Assembly: GCA_963693365.1 (NCBI GenBank)
Contig: CAVNZM010000009.1
Span: forward strand, 5,214,245-5,278,244
Source of the DNA: Amoebidium appalachense
Taxonomy: Eukaryota > Protista > Ichthyosporea
Direction of reading: 5' to 3'
Length of the DNA: 64,000 nucleotides
Position numbers and translations under genes: made by a program. Shown here piece after piece: positions 30,356-44,901 of the stretch (the first letter of the stretch is position 1; each line of letters begins with the position of its first letter). The notes beneath the pieces were generated by a model that made no database searches, was not told the origin of the DNA, and saw only the letters and a list, made by a program, of their open reading frames with translations.

Positions 30356-31585
30356 CGCGCGCGCGTGCGTGCGTGTGTATGTGTGCGTGCGTGCGTGTGT
30401 GCGTGTGTGCGTGCCACGTGTGTGAGAGTGTGTGTGTGTGTGTATGTGTGGTGTTGTGTGTGCGCGGCTTGTACATATGTACGTGTTCATGTGCACCTGT
30501 GTCGGACCTACGAAGTACATGAAAGTATATTTTGACAGCATCGATCTGCCGGTGTGTATGTGTATGTGTGCCAGTGCAGCAGGTGTGCGTTGTAACTGAT
30601 AGCTTCGCTTTTTACGTGTGTGTGTATATAGTAGTACACATAGACACTTGCTGATCATTCGGATCGACATTAATATTTAATCTGTCGGTCCTCGGAAAAA
30701 CTTTTTTGAGTGTCTTTTCAGCGAGTCTAACCTGCAGGCTGCAGCTGCACACATAGAGGGTTGTTATCTTGCGGCACATGCACGGTGATCGTTTCAGAGT
30801 AATAGAGTTCAGAGCAATGAAAATAATGAAAATAACTAAACTTTGTGACTACTTTAAAGTTACTGAGATCATACGTGGTGCAAGCTGCACTATGAACACA
30901 TGTACAGTGCTAGTAATTTATACATTTTTGTTGCCTTCTGCAGGGTTACCGTAGCTACGTCACGGCCTGCACTCAGGGGGAGGGGGGGGGGGGGGGGGGG
31001 GGATGATTCGAAGGGGGTATAAATAAGAACATGCACCTAAAGGTCTTTCCCGTGGATCCTCCTCCTCCTCCCCCCCCCCCCCCCCCCCCCTCCCACCTCT
31101 CCCTCCCCCGGGGCCCCATACTATGATATCTAGGCCCAATATTATATGCCCCTTCCCCCCCCCCCCCCCCCCCCCCTCTCCGGATCCCCGGACCCCACTT
31201 CCCTACCCGGAGGCTCGAGAGCTCCCCCTCCTCCCCCCCCCCCCCCCCAAGGCTTACGGGGGCCCTTCTTCATTGAGGGGGAGGGGGTGGGGGTGGGGAG
31301 GGGTGTGGGTGTGGGGTGGGGGGGAGGGAAGTGGAAGGTGGGGGTGGATGCATGTCAGCCTAGGTGAATTCAATTGTTTAACTCCAGTGTACAGGACTGG
31401 ACTCTGAAGGCTTAAGAAAACAACGAGGAAATGGGGTCCAGTGGAGGTGGTGGTGGTGTTCTGTGTGTGTGTGTACACGTGCACGTATGTGTGTGGTTTT
31501 TTTGGGGGGTGAGTGGTGGTGGTGGTGGTGGTGGTGGTCACCGTGGTGGTGGTGTGTGTGTCTGGTGTGTGTGTGTGTGTGTGGG

Positions 31586-31617
<32 letters not shown>

Positions 31618-32859
31618 ATAGAAAGAAAAACTGCTCGTGGGTCACTGTTTTTTGTCACTGTATTTGTAACTGGCCGCTCATATTTATATAACTACTTTAA
31701 GTACACGGTGTTCATTATCATATACGATGGCCAAATATAGAAATTTTGGCGTTGAAGTTCTTGGCGCTAAAAAAACGTTTAGAAGAGGGAAATAATAGCT
31801 TGGCCCCAAATTTACCTTGCCATTTTTAGCAAATGTATTTTTTATTCATGAGTTCTAGTAATTCAGTGAGTGTACGTGCCTGCCTCAGGCTGACCATGAC
31901 AACTGCAACACACCATTCCTACATGGATATGAACCAAAAGAAAATAGTATCTACTGTGGTGGTCTCCTAAACCTTGTGCGGCATGCGCATACATGATGTT
32001 ACAGTGACGCATGTGCATATTATTGTTCTGTACACCGGAGTGTGGTGCACATGGCTGTTTTGTGCACATGTTACAATAGCAGCACGATCTCCCTAAACTC
32101 CATGTTTACACATCCCTCACCCTGGCTCTGCCTTGTCGGTGGTCCAAAACACACACACAAATCCCCCTAGGCTTAGTGCCTGCACATGGTCGCATTCACG
32201 TGCAGGTCACGTGACACATGCAATGCCATACTGCCGTCTACAGCAACAACCACGGCAGCATGTATACCGGCCCAGCACGAGATATACTTATCGGCGCCCA
32301 GCCCACTGAACTCGCCCATTTCCTCTTTTTCATGTATGACCCTGCTTTTTTGTGAAATCACCCTTTTTGGCCTCCCGAAGTGGATTTTGCAGGATTTGAC
32401 TTCTTTGAGGTCCAAAAACCTCAAATTTTCCCCGGCGGGGCCGGGGAGGGAGAATTCAAAAATTGCCCGCTCCTGATATGGTACCCGGGCCCAGAGGTTT
32501 ACACCCCTAGTTTTATCTAAAATTCCAAAGCAGATTCCTAGGTTCGCCGCTTAAGCAATAAAACGATCACCGCCGGCCCTGTTACAGTACACCAATCGTG
32601 TGCCGACATTAAAAACGTTAAGTCCACAGGGCACAGAATCGCGGAGGGGATTCAAAAGCAATCCGGTTTCACAAATCGGACTGATCTGGTCCAATCAATA
32701 GGCCCAAAATCTGCGAATAATCATAAAAGGCTATTGAACGCGCCCAATCAATCTGCCGCGAAAGTGTAATCACTCACTCATCACTCACTCAATCACAAAT
32801 CCCAGCTGGGGCTGTAGGATGAGAACTTCGAAGCTTCTTTCTCCGTTGACTCAATCACA

Positions 32860-33398
<539 letters not shown>

Positions 33399-33674
33399 CA
33401 TCATGGCCTTCTTTCCGTACATACCCACCTAGCCCTCCGCACCCCCTCCCCCCCCCCCCCCCCCCCCCCCAACACAACAGTGCCGAGGTCATTATCTTAA
33501 AGTTTACTTAGTTGTTTTGAAATTAAAGACTTCCAGAGTCCGTCTCTATTATCTTACCTCCCCCCCCCCCCCCCCCCCCCCATCCAGGCGCCCCAGGCCA
33601 CAAAAAAAAAAAAAAAAAAAAAAAGAAACCAAGCGGACAAGCAATTAAGAGAGAGAGAGAGAGAGAGGGGGGGG

Positions 33675-33797
<123 letters not shown>

Positions 33798-34232
33798 GAA
33801 ATATATTCAAGTACAGTTAGCAGAGTCTGTTTATCATAATAAAAAGCGGCCCTGCTACTGTTACATCTTGACTATTTGGCACCACACACCTACACGAGTA
33901 AGGGGCAACCCCTCCCCATTTGCCTCATAGACATCGGCATTGAGGTTTTCATCAACCTCCAGGCCATTGCAATACTTTACGCTGAAAAGAAATCCCCTTT
34001 TCTGGGCACCCCCCACTGTGTGTTTGCATGTGTGTGTGTGTGTGCGTTTGTGCGTTTGTGCGTGTGTTTTTGGACACTCGCAAGTGTGTATGCCTGTGCT
34101 CGTGCACTTGTGTGCGCGCAACTGTGTGTGAAGGAAAGAATGGGAGCCTCAGGGGGGAGGCCCCAAGGGAGAGAGGAGTTATTATTAAGCGGAGGGAAAG
34201 GAGAAGTATGTGGACACGTGTGCTTTGCGTTA

Positions 34233-34273
34233 TTTAGGGTTTAGGGTTTAGGGTTTAGGGTTAGGGGTTTAGG
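34233..34273 (+). repeat. Short interstitial (TTTAGGG)n-like tract
   Basis: TTTAGGG x4, then TTAGGGG TTTAGG. Confidence 0.8.
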
Positions 34274-34616
34274 AAAGAGATAAATGTGTAACATAATTCA
34301 TGTAATAGAAAATGTAACAAATATAGCATTAGTAGGGATAGTAGTTTTATAAAACTATACTCTTAGCAAGAGAGTTTTTAAGAGACTCTTTCTTAGATTT
34401 TTAGAATGTCGTAACTATTCAATTAGTCGGAAAGAATTAGTATGAGTAAATATAATGATGATTACTGGTAACCGTTTAACATTAAATTATTTCATCGAAG
34501 AGAGTTAATTAATGAACTCTTCGAATTGTATGATAAAGGTCTTTTATTAGAAAGAAGAAACAATTATTCTTTTTATTGTACTTTTTTTTTTTTTTTTTTT
34601 TGGGGGGGGGGGGGGG

Positions 34617-34699
<83 letters not shown>

Positions 34700-35234
34700 G
34701 AACCGGAATTTCATATAGCAAAGCCTGATCTCCCAACCCTATTTCACCCATTCAGTCCGTACATTTGTATCACCAGATGCCTTTACACAAGCTCCACCTC
34801 AGTATTGTGTACTTTTCCTTAGATCTCTATCACAAGAGGCAGGGGAACACAGTAAAGCCAGCAAACCGTGTACGTACCTACGAGATCCACCTGCACACGT
34901 AGAAGGTACAACGGTTACTAAAGTTATCTTTCTAAGTAGTGCTTTTCACCAATGCTTTGGGTTTCAAGGGCTCTCTTTCCAACAAACGACAGGACAAGGC
35001 CTTGGCAACCACTAACAACAAACAGAGTAACCAGAGAAACAAAGCGCCTATGCAGCACAGGTACTAGCCAACATCATAGAAAAAGATCCGGCACAGACAA
35101 AATGCCAGGCTTGCAGTAAAACGACTATGTACCAGCCTTGGGAAAACTTACGCATATAGCATTTGAATGCTCTTCTTCTGGTGAGATATGCGGTACTTTG
35201 CAATCTTCGCCGCTGGTTAACACGTTTAGCCGCA

Positions 35235-35845
35235 TGTTGTATAATAAGATCGTGTGTCTGTGACAAACAATATGTTTATAAATGAACGGGGTTGACTAGA
35301 CCACGCTTTGCTTAGTTACGTGCTAGTCCTACTTACACCTAGTAAGCCGAGCACACTGAGTGAGCTCTGAAGCCCCCGACATGCCCTTATATCGGAGCTC
35401 GCACAGCGGCTCAGACATGCGCATCGGTATGTGCTTTTTGGCTACGAGAGCCAATCACATACGGTTCACGGTTCTGTCCCATGGCTATCACGGTTCCAAT
35501 AAACCTAGTGAGCCAATCGGGTGACAGTACTTGACTATCGATGCATTCCACAGTCATACCTCACGGCTACTTGCATATTTTTCCATGATAAAACTATAAC
35601 TTAACGCCCATGGTTCCTCTACTACGTGTCGGTCCCATGTGACTATTATATCTGTTTTCCCATGAATAATCCTGCAAGTTGCACGTGCACATATGTTTAA
35701 CTCCATGCTCATGCGCACAAGACTGGGGGGGACATGCATGTCTGGCCTACCTAAGATCAAACACAGTGGTATATATACATGTACACGTGCGCGTATATCT
35801 CAACCTGTGTACATCCATACTAGATATCCGGTATAATATACCACA
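35235..35845 (-). repeat. 3' LTR of gypsy element
   Basis: Near-identical to 51011-51632 with a few substitutions and small indels; preceded on the minus strand by G-rich ACGGTGGGGCG (PPT-like). Confidence 0.93.
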
Positions 35846-35890
35846 CGCCCCACCGTAAAAGAACTTGAAGTATGTCGTCCTCGACATACG

Positions 35891-37749
35891 TCACCATGCT
35901 CCACACAATGAGTCAATGTATCCGTGGAACGATGCAAGGTCACCTCTGCGTTGGTGGAACTCTCGGATCTTGTCCGGGCAGGCTAAGTCTTTCTCACACT
36001 CCCAAGAGGTGAATGATTCATCTTTGCCTGCCCACTTGATCTGGTACCACTTGTAAGGGGTGGATTGCTTGCGCCGTTTCTGAATTCTTACGTCAAGCAC
36101 CTTTTCCACCACCCACTCGTCCGGCAGAACCTTGTTGAAATTGTGACTATCGCCCGTGTCCGGGAGGTGAGAGAGATCTTGAGGCCGAATTCTATTTTGC
36201 TCACTCAATTCAAGCTGAATATCGTCCACGTGCCACTTAGATTTCTTCATAGTTGCTAAGCTTCGGATCTCGTACGTGACCGGGCCGACCCTTTTGACGA
36301 TTTCGTAACCCGTAATCCACCGTACATCCCAGGCACCGATATTTTTGGCTTGATTCCGAACACGAATCCGTGCACCCTTCTTAAATTCACGAGCCACCGA
36401 GGGGCCTGGGGGCTCTCGTACGGCACGTTGCTGGACCACAGCACGGAGCAGAGGCCGACGGGCTAGTAACTCTCGCCGGTATGCCTTCCACTCTGGGTCC
36501 TTGAGTGCCGGGTGGTTACTGCTAAGAAGGGCAACGTCAGGGAATTGTGTTGCTTCTTGCCCGTACACAAGATAATACGGTGTACATTGCAAAATTTTGT
36601 GTGTTGTTGTGTTGTATGCATGTGTAACCACCGGCAACAGAGTGTCCCAATTAGTGTGCTCATAATTAACATACTTTGAGAGTGCATTATTAATAAATCT
36701 ATGAGACCGTTCATTGGAACCGTTGCTTTGTGGGTGATATGCAGAGGTGCTCACTTGTGCAATATTTGCTATACGGCAAATCTCAACAATTAGCTCATTG
36801 AGAAATTCTGATCCTTGATCACTCAAGAGTGTACGAGGGGGGCCGTGTATATAGCAAATTACATTCATGAGTGCATGTGCAACATTAACGGCATGCTTAG
36901 ATTGGATGGGCACAGTGATTAAATACTTCGTTGCCATATCCATAAACACACAAATGAAAGTATTACCATTTTTCGTTTCTGTGAACGGACCCATAAGGTC
37001 AACAGAAACACGAGAGAACATTTTTAAATTTTCGTATCTCTGTTCAAATGGCCTACTTCTCAAGTGTGGGTTATCGTTACGGCCTTGGCACTGTGTGAAG
37101 GCATTCACATAAGCAGTGATATCTTTGTGCATGCGTGGCCAATAATAATTGTATAATCTTTCGTAAGTTCGTTCAATGCCAGTATGAGCCCCCCCGTCGT
37201 GCACACTTCTTAATAAATCAGCACGAAGGATTTCGGGCACATACAGGCAACGACGACCATCCTTAGCCACATGATAAAGCACGTCATCCTCTATCACACA
37301 CATTTGTGCTATTTTCTTAACCTTTTTGTATCCGAAATACTCAAGATTAAGACCGTGTGCAGCTCGTTCCCCCCCTGCCTGCCATTCCCGTTTGGCCTCG
37401 GCATCGAGGGAGGCAAGCCACCGGAGCCACGTGATTATATCCTTACACATTTTGTCCCCCCCCTGTGCCATCATAATTGCTTCCTTCTGATAGCCGGCAC
37501 CACCGAGTGCAGAAAGGGAGGGCAGGCCGGCTTGACTGAGTGCAGAAATTTGTGCACATTTCAAGCGGTCTGGATCGAAAATGTGTGTGAATTCGAGTGC
37601 ATCACCCCAATCAACAAACACTTCGGCTGGTTTCGAGCTAAGCTCGGATAAATCTGCTGTGAGAACCTCTTGTAATTCCTTTTTCACATCCCACCTTTCC
37701 AGTGGTATGTTTTCGTTCTCATGCAGAATATATCCTATACGGCTTAACC
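35891..37749 (-). CDS. Gypsy integrase with C-terminal chromodomain (3' part of pol)
   Basis: H-x4-H...YYWPRM...CQ (first Cys of HHCC replaced by F), VSVDLMGPF, LLSDQGSEF, YHPQSNGSNER; chromodomain EWVVEKVLDVR...YQIKWAG...TSWECEKDLAC. Confidence 0.95.
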
Positions 37750-38487
37750 GTTATCAGCAAACTTCATCCGGCATCCGAAACCCATCTTATATATCATTTT
37801 GATATATGGCATACCAAACCCCACCCTAAATACGTCAAAAAGAGCCTGACAAGATATCATAGAATTCCCGGATAGAACCCATCAGATCCCTATCAATGAT
37901 ATCTTTGATAGGGTTCGGATTGGTTATGGTATGGCGCATATCCGAAACCCATCCTTTGCTGATATCCTTACGATATCCTTACGATATCATAGAAAACCAC
38001 GATGGTTTTGGTTTTTGACCGAAAATCTCAAAATTTCCTCATAGCACTATGATATCCATATGCTATCCTAGTGATATGTATGTTAGCAAGGTCATAATAG
38101 CTCTTTTGGATATGTTTCACATACGTTTAGGATATTGGTGCCCCAAACGATATCTGTTAGATGTCTTTGTTATAGCCTACAGATATCCCTCATTATAGAA
38201 TATCTTAATCCCATCCAATACGCATTACATGACGATATCTACCTGATGTCGTGGGACAATACAAATTGATATCCACGTGATATCTGATGGATAACATGTA
38301 TGCTTATAAATTGAATATAATACAGATGTTGTTTTGATATCGTCTGGACATCGTTGTGATGTACCTACAACCATTTTTTTGATATCGTTATGCGCCCATG
38401 GGGGTAATCCAGAAGATACCCTTGTACACAACCAGTAGGCATGTTGAAGACATCCTTTTGATATCCTTTCGGATATCCCTTTGTCCA

Positions 38488-38928
38488 CAGGCCCAAGATA
38501 TGATATCTAATTCATATCATTGTACAGGTCGTAAGGATATGTACCAAATATATCTAAATAAAGACTTGTGATATATGTGATTGGTATGTGTAAGATGCCC
38601 CTATGTACATCAATGTGATATGCTGTAACTTATCATTTGAATATCCCGCTCTGTCTAAAACGGCAGCATTGTGGGTATCCTTTTGATATTCTTTTTGATA
38701 TCCCTTTTATATTCAATATGTTATCTGTTTTTGGTCCTACATCTCAAACATATCACAACTGCCTCTTTGCAGGCCCAAGCTACGATATCTAATTCATATC
38801 TTTGTACACGTCGTAAGGATATGTACCTGATATATCTAAATAAAGACTAGTGAGTTGTGTGATTGATATCGGTAAGATGTCGCTATGTACATCAATGTGA
38901 TATGCTGTAACCTATCATTTGAATATCC
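38488..38928 (+). repeat. Internal direct duplication (~160 bp, offset ~283 bp) in the TIR element
   Basis: CAGGCCCAAG...GTCGTAAGGATATGTACC...GTACATCAATGTGATATGCTGTAAC...ATCATTTGAATATCC occurs at about 38488 and 38770. Confidence 0.8.
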
Positions 38929-40336
38929 TAATCTGTCCAGAGCAGTAGTCCACGAGGTATCATCTACATATCTTTTAGAGGCCCTTAGATTATCATTGCG
39001 ATATCCGCATAGGGATATATTTATATATCGAATTCATAAGTATATGATACATAAGCTTGCCATCCCAGTGATATCTAAGCGGCAGTATTGTGGATATTAG
39101 AAAGATATCAGAAGAACATCCGTGCAGTAGAAGGTCAGTGTCTTTTGTAAGTACATCAATGTGATATCTAAACGGCAGCATTGTGGATATTAGAAAGATA
39201 TCAGAAGAACAATCGAAAAATCCTTTAGATGTCTATTAGATGTCCGATGAGAATGGTTGCGATATACGCGCAAAGAAAATTTTTGTGATCAAGCCAGCTG
39301 AGCAATCGTTGGGAAACCCGCCAATTACTCACACGGGGCATTGCGGGGCTCATTGCGGCCATCTGAATGTGATGGTGGCATGGCCATTTATATAGGGCCA
39401 GGAAATCACTTTTCCGTTCGATTGTGGGACGAAAATCACAAAATGGCAAACCCGATTTTGATTGGTTGTTATTCTTCAAAACGGCATGCTCAGGGTCACC
39501 CAACTGTGATCAGCCAATCACGTTTCATGTTTAATTGAGATTATCGCATACATCTAATGAAGATATGTTTCTGCCATCTTTACGACATCGCAACGACCTG
39601 ATCTTCTATGGTCTGATCTTGTACATATCCCACAGGGGTCATAAACATCTCATAATGATATTTGTTAGATAAACACGCAACCACAACGGCCGCAAATAAA
39701 ACTAAATTACCCCATTTGGCAAGTGCCATGTGGCAGAGTGTAAATTGCGAACGTCCGAAACACTAAACACTAGGCAAAATAGAGCAATCTAGTAACTACA
39801 TAGTACCAATTTCGAGCATCGAAGCAGGAAAATGGTTATTTATTGCAATTTTATATTTTGTGTGTTCCGAGGATGTTACCACCTTTGAAGGTTTATTAGC
39901 GCCTGAAAACAATACCTTACTGCATTAGGGCGGGTGCACATCACAGGCACGTGCACATTCTCCGGACACCAGATGATATATCGCAAGATATCCGTACGAT
40001 ATCTAATGTATGTATTGTTGATATCATTCTATTCTCATGCATCGTAGTTATAATGAACGTTACCATTTTATGACTATTTATGATATAAAACGCTAGTTAC
40101 GCTTGTGCTTTCTATAACCGGTAACGCACGTTAACATTATGCCTCCGCGCGCGTGAACTACAAAGTATGTGAAAACTGCAACGTAGTGATACACACTCTT
40201 CTTCTGAACCTATGTCGTCAATCATGACACACACACACACACACACACACAGCGAGACACGCACGCTGCCACACACACACACACAAACACACACACACAG
40301 AGAGAGATACACACACACAGACAGACACGTTGCCCT

Positions 40337-40367
<31 letters not shown>

Positions 40368-40400
40368 GCCACACACACACACACACACACAGGCACGTTG

Positions 40401-40478
<78 letters not shown>

Positions 40479-40504
40479 CCACACACACGTTACCATGCGC
40501 ACCT

Positions 40505-40549
<45 letters not shown>

Positions 40550-40614
40550 ACGTACATACACACACCCAAACACATGCCCGTGTGCACGTACATCGGTAGA
40601 CACGAACGCGCGAG

Positions 40615-40646
<32 letters not shown>

Positions 40647-40758
40647 GTGTTCACATAAAGACAGGGTACACCACGGTTGCCTCGATATTCCTCTGTTCTT
40701 TATCTACACATTCTCGGCTCACTCTCCCGTTCATAAAATATCTCCTCCCTTGTAGCAC

Positions 40759-42670
40759 CTTGTAGCATAGTATATGTACATATGTTACCTAGACATTATT
40801 GGTTTTTCAATAACTACCCACAGAACAGCCTCTAGCACGAGAAATTTACCACAACGTTTATGGGGGGGATGGTAAATGTGCCCCTGGAGTACGAGGGTCA
40901 CACGAAAAAAACACAACCTTGTAGCTCGAATAGAACCCCCCTTGTAGCATAGTATAAGTACATGTGTTACCTAGACATTATTCGTTTTTTCAATAACTAC
41001 CCACAGAACAGCTTCTAGCACGAGAGCTTTACCACAAAGTTTATGGGGGGGATGGTGAATGTGCCCCTGGAGTACGAGGGTCACACGAAAAAAACACAAC
41101 GTTGTAGCTCGTATAGAACCCCCCTTGTAGCATAGTATATGTACATAGTATGTTACCTAGACATTATTGGTTTTTTCAATAACTACCCACAGAACAGCTT
41201 CTAGCACGAGACATTTACCACAAAGTTTATGGGGGAGATGGTGAATGTGCCCCTGGAGTACGAGGGTCACACGAAAAAAACACAATGTTGTAGCTCGAAT
41301 AGACCCCCCTTGTAGCATAGTATATGTCCATGTGTTACCTAGACATTATTGGTTGTTTCAATAACTACCCACAGAACAGCTTCTAGCACGAGACATTTAC
41401 CACAACGTGTATGGGGGGGATGTTGAATGTGCCCCTGGAGTACAAGGGTCACACGAAAAAAACACAACGTTGTAGCTCGTATAGAACCCCCCTTGTAGCA
41501 TAGTATATGTACATAGTATGTTACCTAGACATTATTGGTTTTTTCAATAACTACCCACAGAACAGCTTCTAGCACGAGAGCTTTACCACAACGTTTATGG
41601 GGGGGATGGTGAATGTGCCCCTGGAGTACGAGGGTCACACGAAGAAAACACAACGTTGTAGCTCGTATAGAACCCCCCTTGTAGCATAGTATATGTACAT
41701 ATGTTACCTAGACATTATTGGTTTTTCAATAGCTACCCACAGAACAGCCTCTAGCACGAGAGATTTACCACAAAGTTTATGGGGTGGATGGTGAATGTGC
41801 CCCTGGAGTACGAGGGTCACACGAAAAAAACACAACATTGTAGCTCGAATAGAACCCCCCTTGTAGCATAGTATAAGTACATGTGTTACCTAGACATTAT
41901 TCGTTTTTTCAATAACTACCCACAGAACAGCTTCTAGCACGAGAGCTTTACCACAACGTGTATGGGGGGGATGGTGAATGTGCCCCTGGAGTACGAGGGT
42001 CACACGAAAAAAGCACAACGTTGTAGCTCGTATAGAACCCCCCATGTAGCATAGTATATGTACATAGTATGTTACCTAGACATTATTGGTTTTTTCAATA
42101 ACTACCCACAGAACAGCTTCTAGCACGAGAGCTTTACCACAACGTTTATGGGGGGGATGGTGAATGTGCCCCTGGAGTACGAGGGTCACACGAAAAAAAC
42201 ACAACGTTGTAGCTCGTATAGAACCCCCCTTGTAGCATAGTATATGTACATATATATGTTACCTAGACATTATTGGTTTTTCAATAACTACCCACAGAAC
42301 AGCCTCTAGGACGAGAGATTTACCACAACGTTTATGGGGTGGATGGTGAATGTGCCCCTGGAGTACGAGGGTCACACGAAAAAAACACAACATTGTAGCT
42401 CGAATAGAACCCCCCTTGTAGCATAGCATATGTACATGTGTTACCTAGACATTATTCGTTTTTTCAATAACTACCCACAGAACAGCTTCTAGCACGAGAA
42501 CTTTACCACAAAGTTTATGGGGGGGATGGTGAATGTGCCCCTGGAGTACGAGGGTCACACGAAAAAAACACAACGTTGTAGCTCGTATAGAACCCCCTTT
42601 GTAGCATAGTATATGTACATCATACGGTATGTTACCTAGACATTATTGGTCATTTCAATAACTACCCACA
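40759..42670. repeat. Tandem satellite, about 10.4 copies of a 182-186 bp unit
   Basis: Unit starts near 40759, 40941, 41124, 41309, 41492, 41678, 41860, 42043, 42229, 42415, 42598. Confidence 0.97.
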
Positions 42671-42780
42671 TGCGGCATGTGTTACTTTCACGTTATTGGT
42701 TTCCTAGCACGGGATATTCAGCACACAGTTGGGGATGTGGGGGCAGTGTACACCTCAATATTGGTAAGGTGGTGGGTGGG

Positions 42781-42826
<46 letters not shown>

Positions 42827-43359
42827 CCACACAACCGAAACTGTCGGTGTTACAAGTGGTTCGGTCTTAAGAAGTTAGAACGGTGATTTTTTAATTAATA
42901 GCGGGAAAAATATTATCCCCATTGCATATGGGGGGAACGAGGAGGGGGGGAGGGGGGGGGGGGGGGGGGTTCACAACGAATTCTATCGACTGTGCATAAT
43001 TAATGTATATTGCACATGTAGCCTGAAAGATTAAAGTGAATGTGTGTATGTATATGTGCGAGTATATTTGTGTATGCAATGCATGTACAATGTTTTCGTC
43101 TTTGTAGGTGGGTGGGTGGGGTGGGTGGGGGGGGGGGGGGGGGGGGGGGTGCGCGGGGGGAAGAGGGAGGGGGGGGAGGGGGCATCATGATCAGGGATAA
43201 CAGGGTGTGTGCGTGTGTGCGCTTGTGTGTGCATGTGCTGTGTGTGTTGTGTAGGTGTGCGCCTGTGTGTGTGTGCGTGCCTGTGTGTGCGCGCCTGTGT
43301 GTGTGTGTGTGTGTGTGTGTGCAGTGTGCATGTGTGAGTGTGTGTGCGTGCGCGCGTGC

Positions 43360-43390
<31 letters not shown>

Positions 43391-43739
43391 TGTGTGATTT
43401 CAAAGAAGTCGAAAGCGCCAGTGACACCCATGTTGAAAAAAAGACAAGCAAGCACGCTAAGAAGGACAGCAAGAAGTAACAGAAACCCTTTCATGCCGAA
43501 AAAATGGTCAAGAACAAAGAAGTGGAGGACACGTAACTATAGTCTGATAGTTGTGACTAAGGGCACTAAGGGTAGCGCTAAGGGCACCAAGCTGATGCAC
43601 GCGCGCGCGCGAGCCGAAATCTATTTTTATCTTTTTCCTAATCAGGCGCGGCGAATAGTGATTGGCTAAATCCCAATCCGGTTTGCAATTTTTTTCTCCA
43701 TTTAAGCCTGTACGCACGTTGTTTTCTCCATTTCTCTTC

Positions 43740-43860
43740 CCCCTTCCCGCAGGTCCGCAGGTCCTTTCCCGCAGGTCGCCTGGTCGCAGGTCCCTTCCCG
43801 CAGGTCGCCTGGTCGCAGTTCCCTTCCCGCAGCGCCTGGTCACAGATCCCCTCCGCAGAT
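43740..43860. repeat. Short GC-rich tandem repeats (CCCTTCCCGCAGGTCGCCTGGTCGCAG)
   Basis: Four to five degenerate units read directly. Confidence 0.8.
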
Positions 43861-44379
43861 CGCGCAGCCACCGTGCTGATTGTTTTGGACCATGCTGCAT
43901 GCTGCAGCTTCTTCTTGAAGGTTAGTTTTGTGTTGCCTGCTTTTGTGCATATGGCGTTTGTCTGTCTGGTCTGTGTCTGTGTCTGTGTGTGTGTGTGTGT
44001 ATGTGTGTGTGCGTGCGTGCGTGTGCGTGTGTCTGCTGGCTGCAGATGCACGTTGCCTTTCACGTTCATGAACCAGCGACTGTGGGCACTACTTTTGCTG
44101 TTAGCACTATAGCTATCATCCCCTCCACCGATCGTTCAAGCTATTTTCTGCTTCTCTAGACTTCATAAGTTCTGGTCCGGGTTTCCGTCCTTACTATGTT
44201 TAAGGTTGGTTCTGTCGACTCTTTTTTTGCCACTCTCAGTCAGCCCCCTCAGTCCCCCCCCCCCCCCCCCCCCCCACTTCTCGCAAGTAGGATGAGCTAA
44301 TTCTTAGCTCGAGTTCCTTTACAGGTTTTGGCAAGGTTGGCCCATGAAGTCATCAGCAGCTATAAGGCTACGTTATCAT

Positions 44380-44625
44380 CTAGAGGTGGGTACCGGCTCT
44401 TTGTCCTATGGCTGCTGTTGTTTCCGTTTTTCCTTTCATAGGTGGGTACCGGCTCTTTGTCCTGTTAAGGTAAATAAAGTATGGAGGCAAGACCCTGTGG
44501 GTCTGGTTCTTTGTCCTATGGCTGCTGTTGTTTCCGTGTTTCGTTTCTGTGTTGCTCTTATAGCACATGAATGATCATGTGCATGTTTAGCACCCATAGG
44601 TGGGTACCGGCTCTTTGTCCTGTTA
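44380..44625. repeat. Local repeats of AGGTGGGTACCGGCTCTTTGTCCT
   Basis: Copies near 44384, 44440 and 44598, with a degenerate copy near 44497. Confidence 0.8.
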
Positions 44626-44870
44626 ATTACTCTGCCGGCATTTGGTATGGTATGGTTTGGTGTAAGAGTGCCCCCCTTATATTGTCATGTTGGGCGTCCT
44701 TTTTTTTTTTTTTTGGGCCTCATACCCATACACACACACCTTGTTACTCTTCTGTCAAGGGATTAGCATGTGTTTAGTTTAATGATGTTGGGAGCTTCTT
44801 AGAAACCCGCATAATAGTTTGCTTGTTTTGAGTTTTGTTTATGTTCGTTGCTGCTCTTTTATACTCCTTC

Positions 44871-44901
<31 letters not shown>

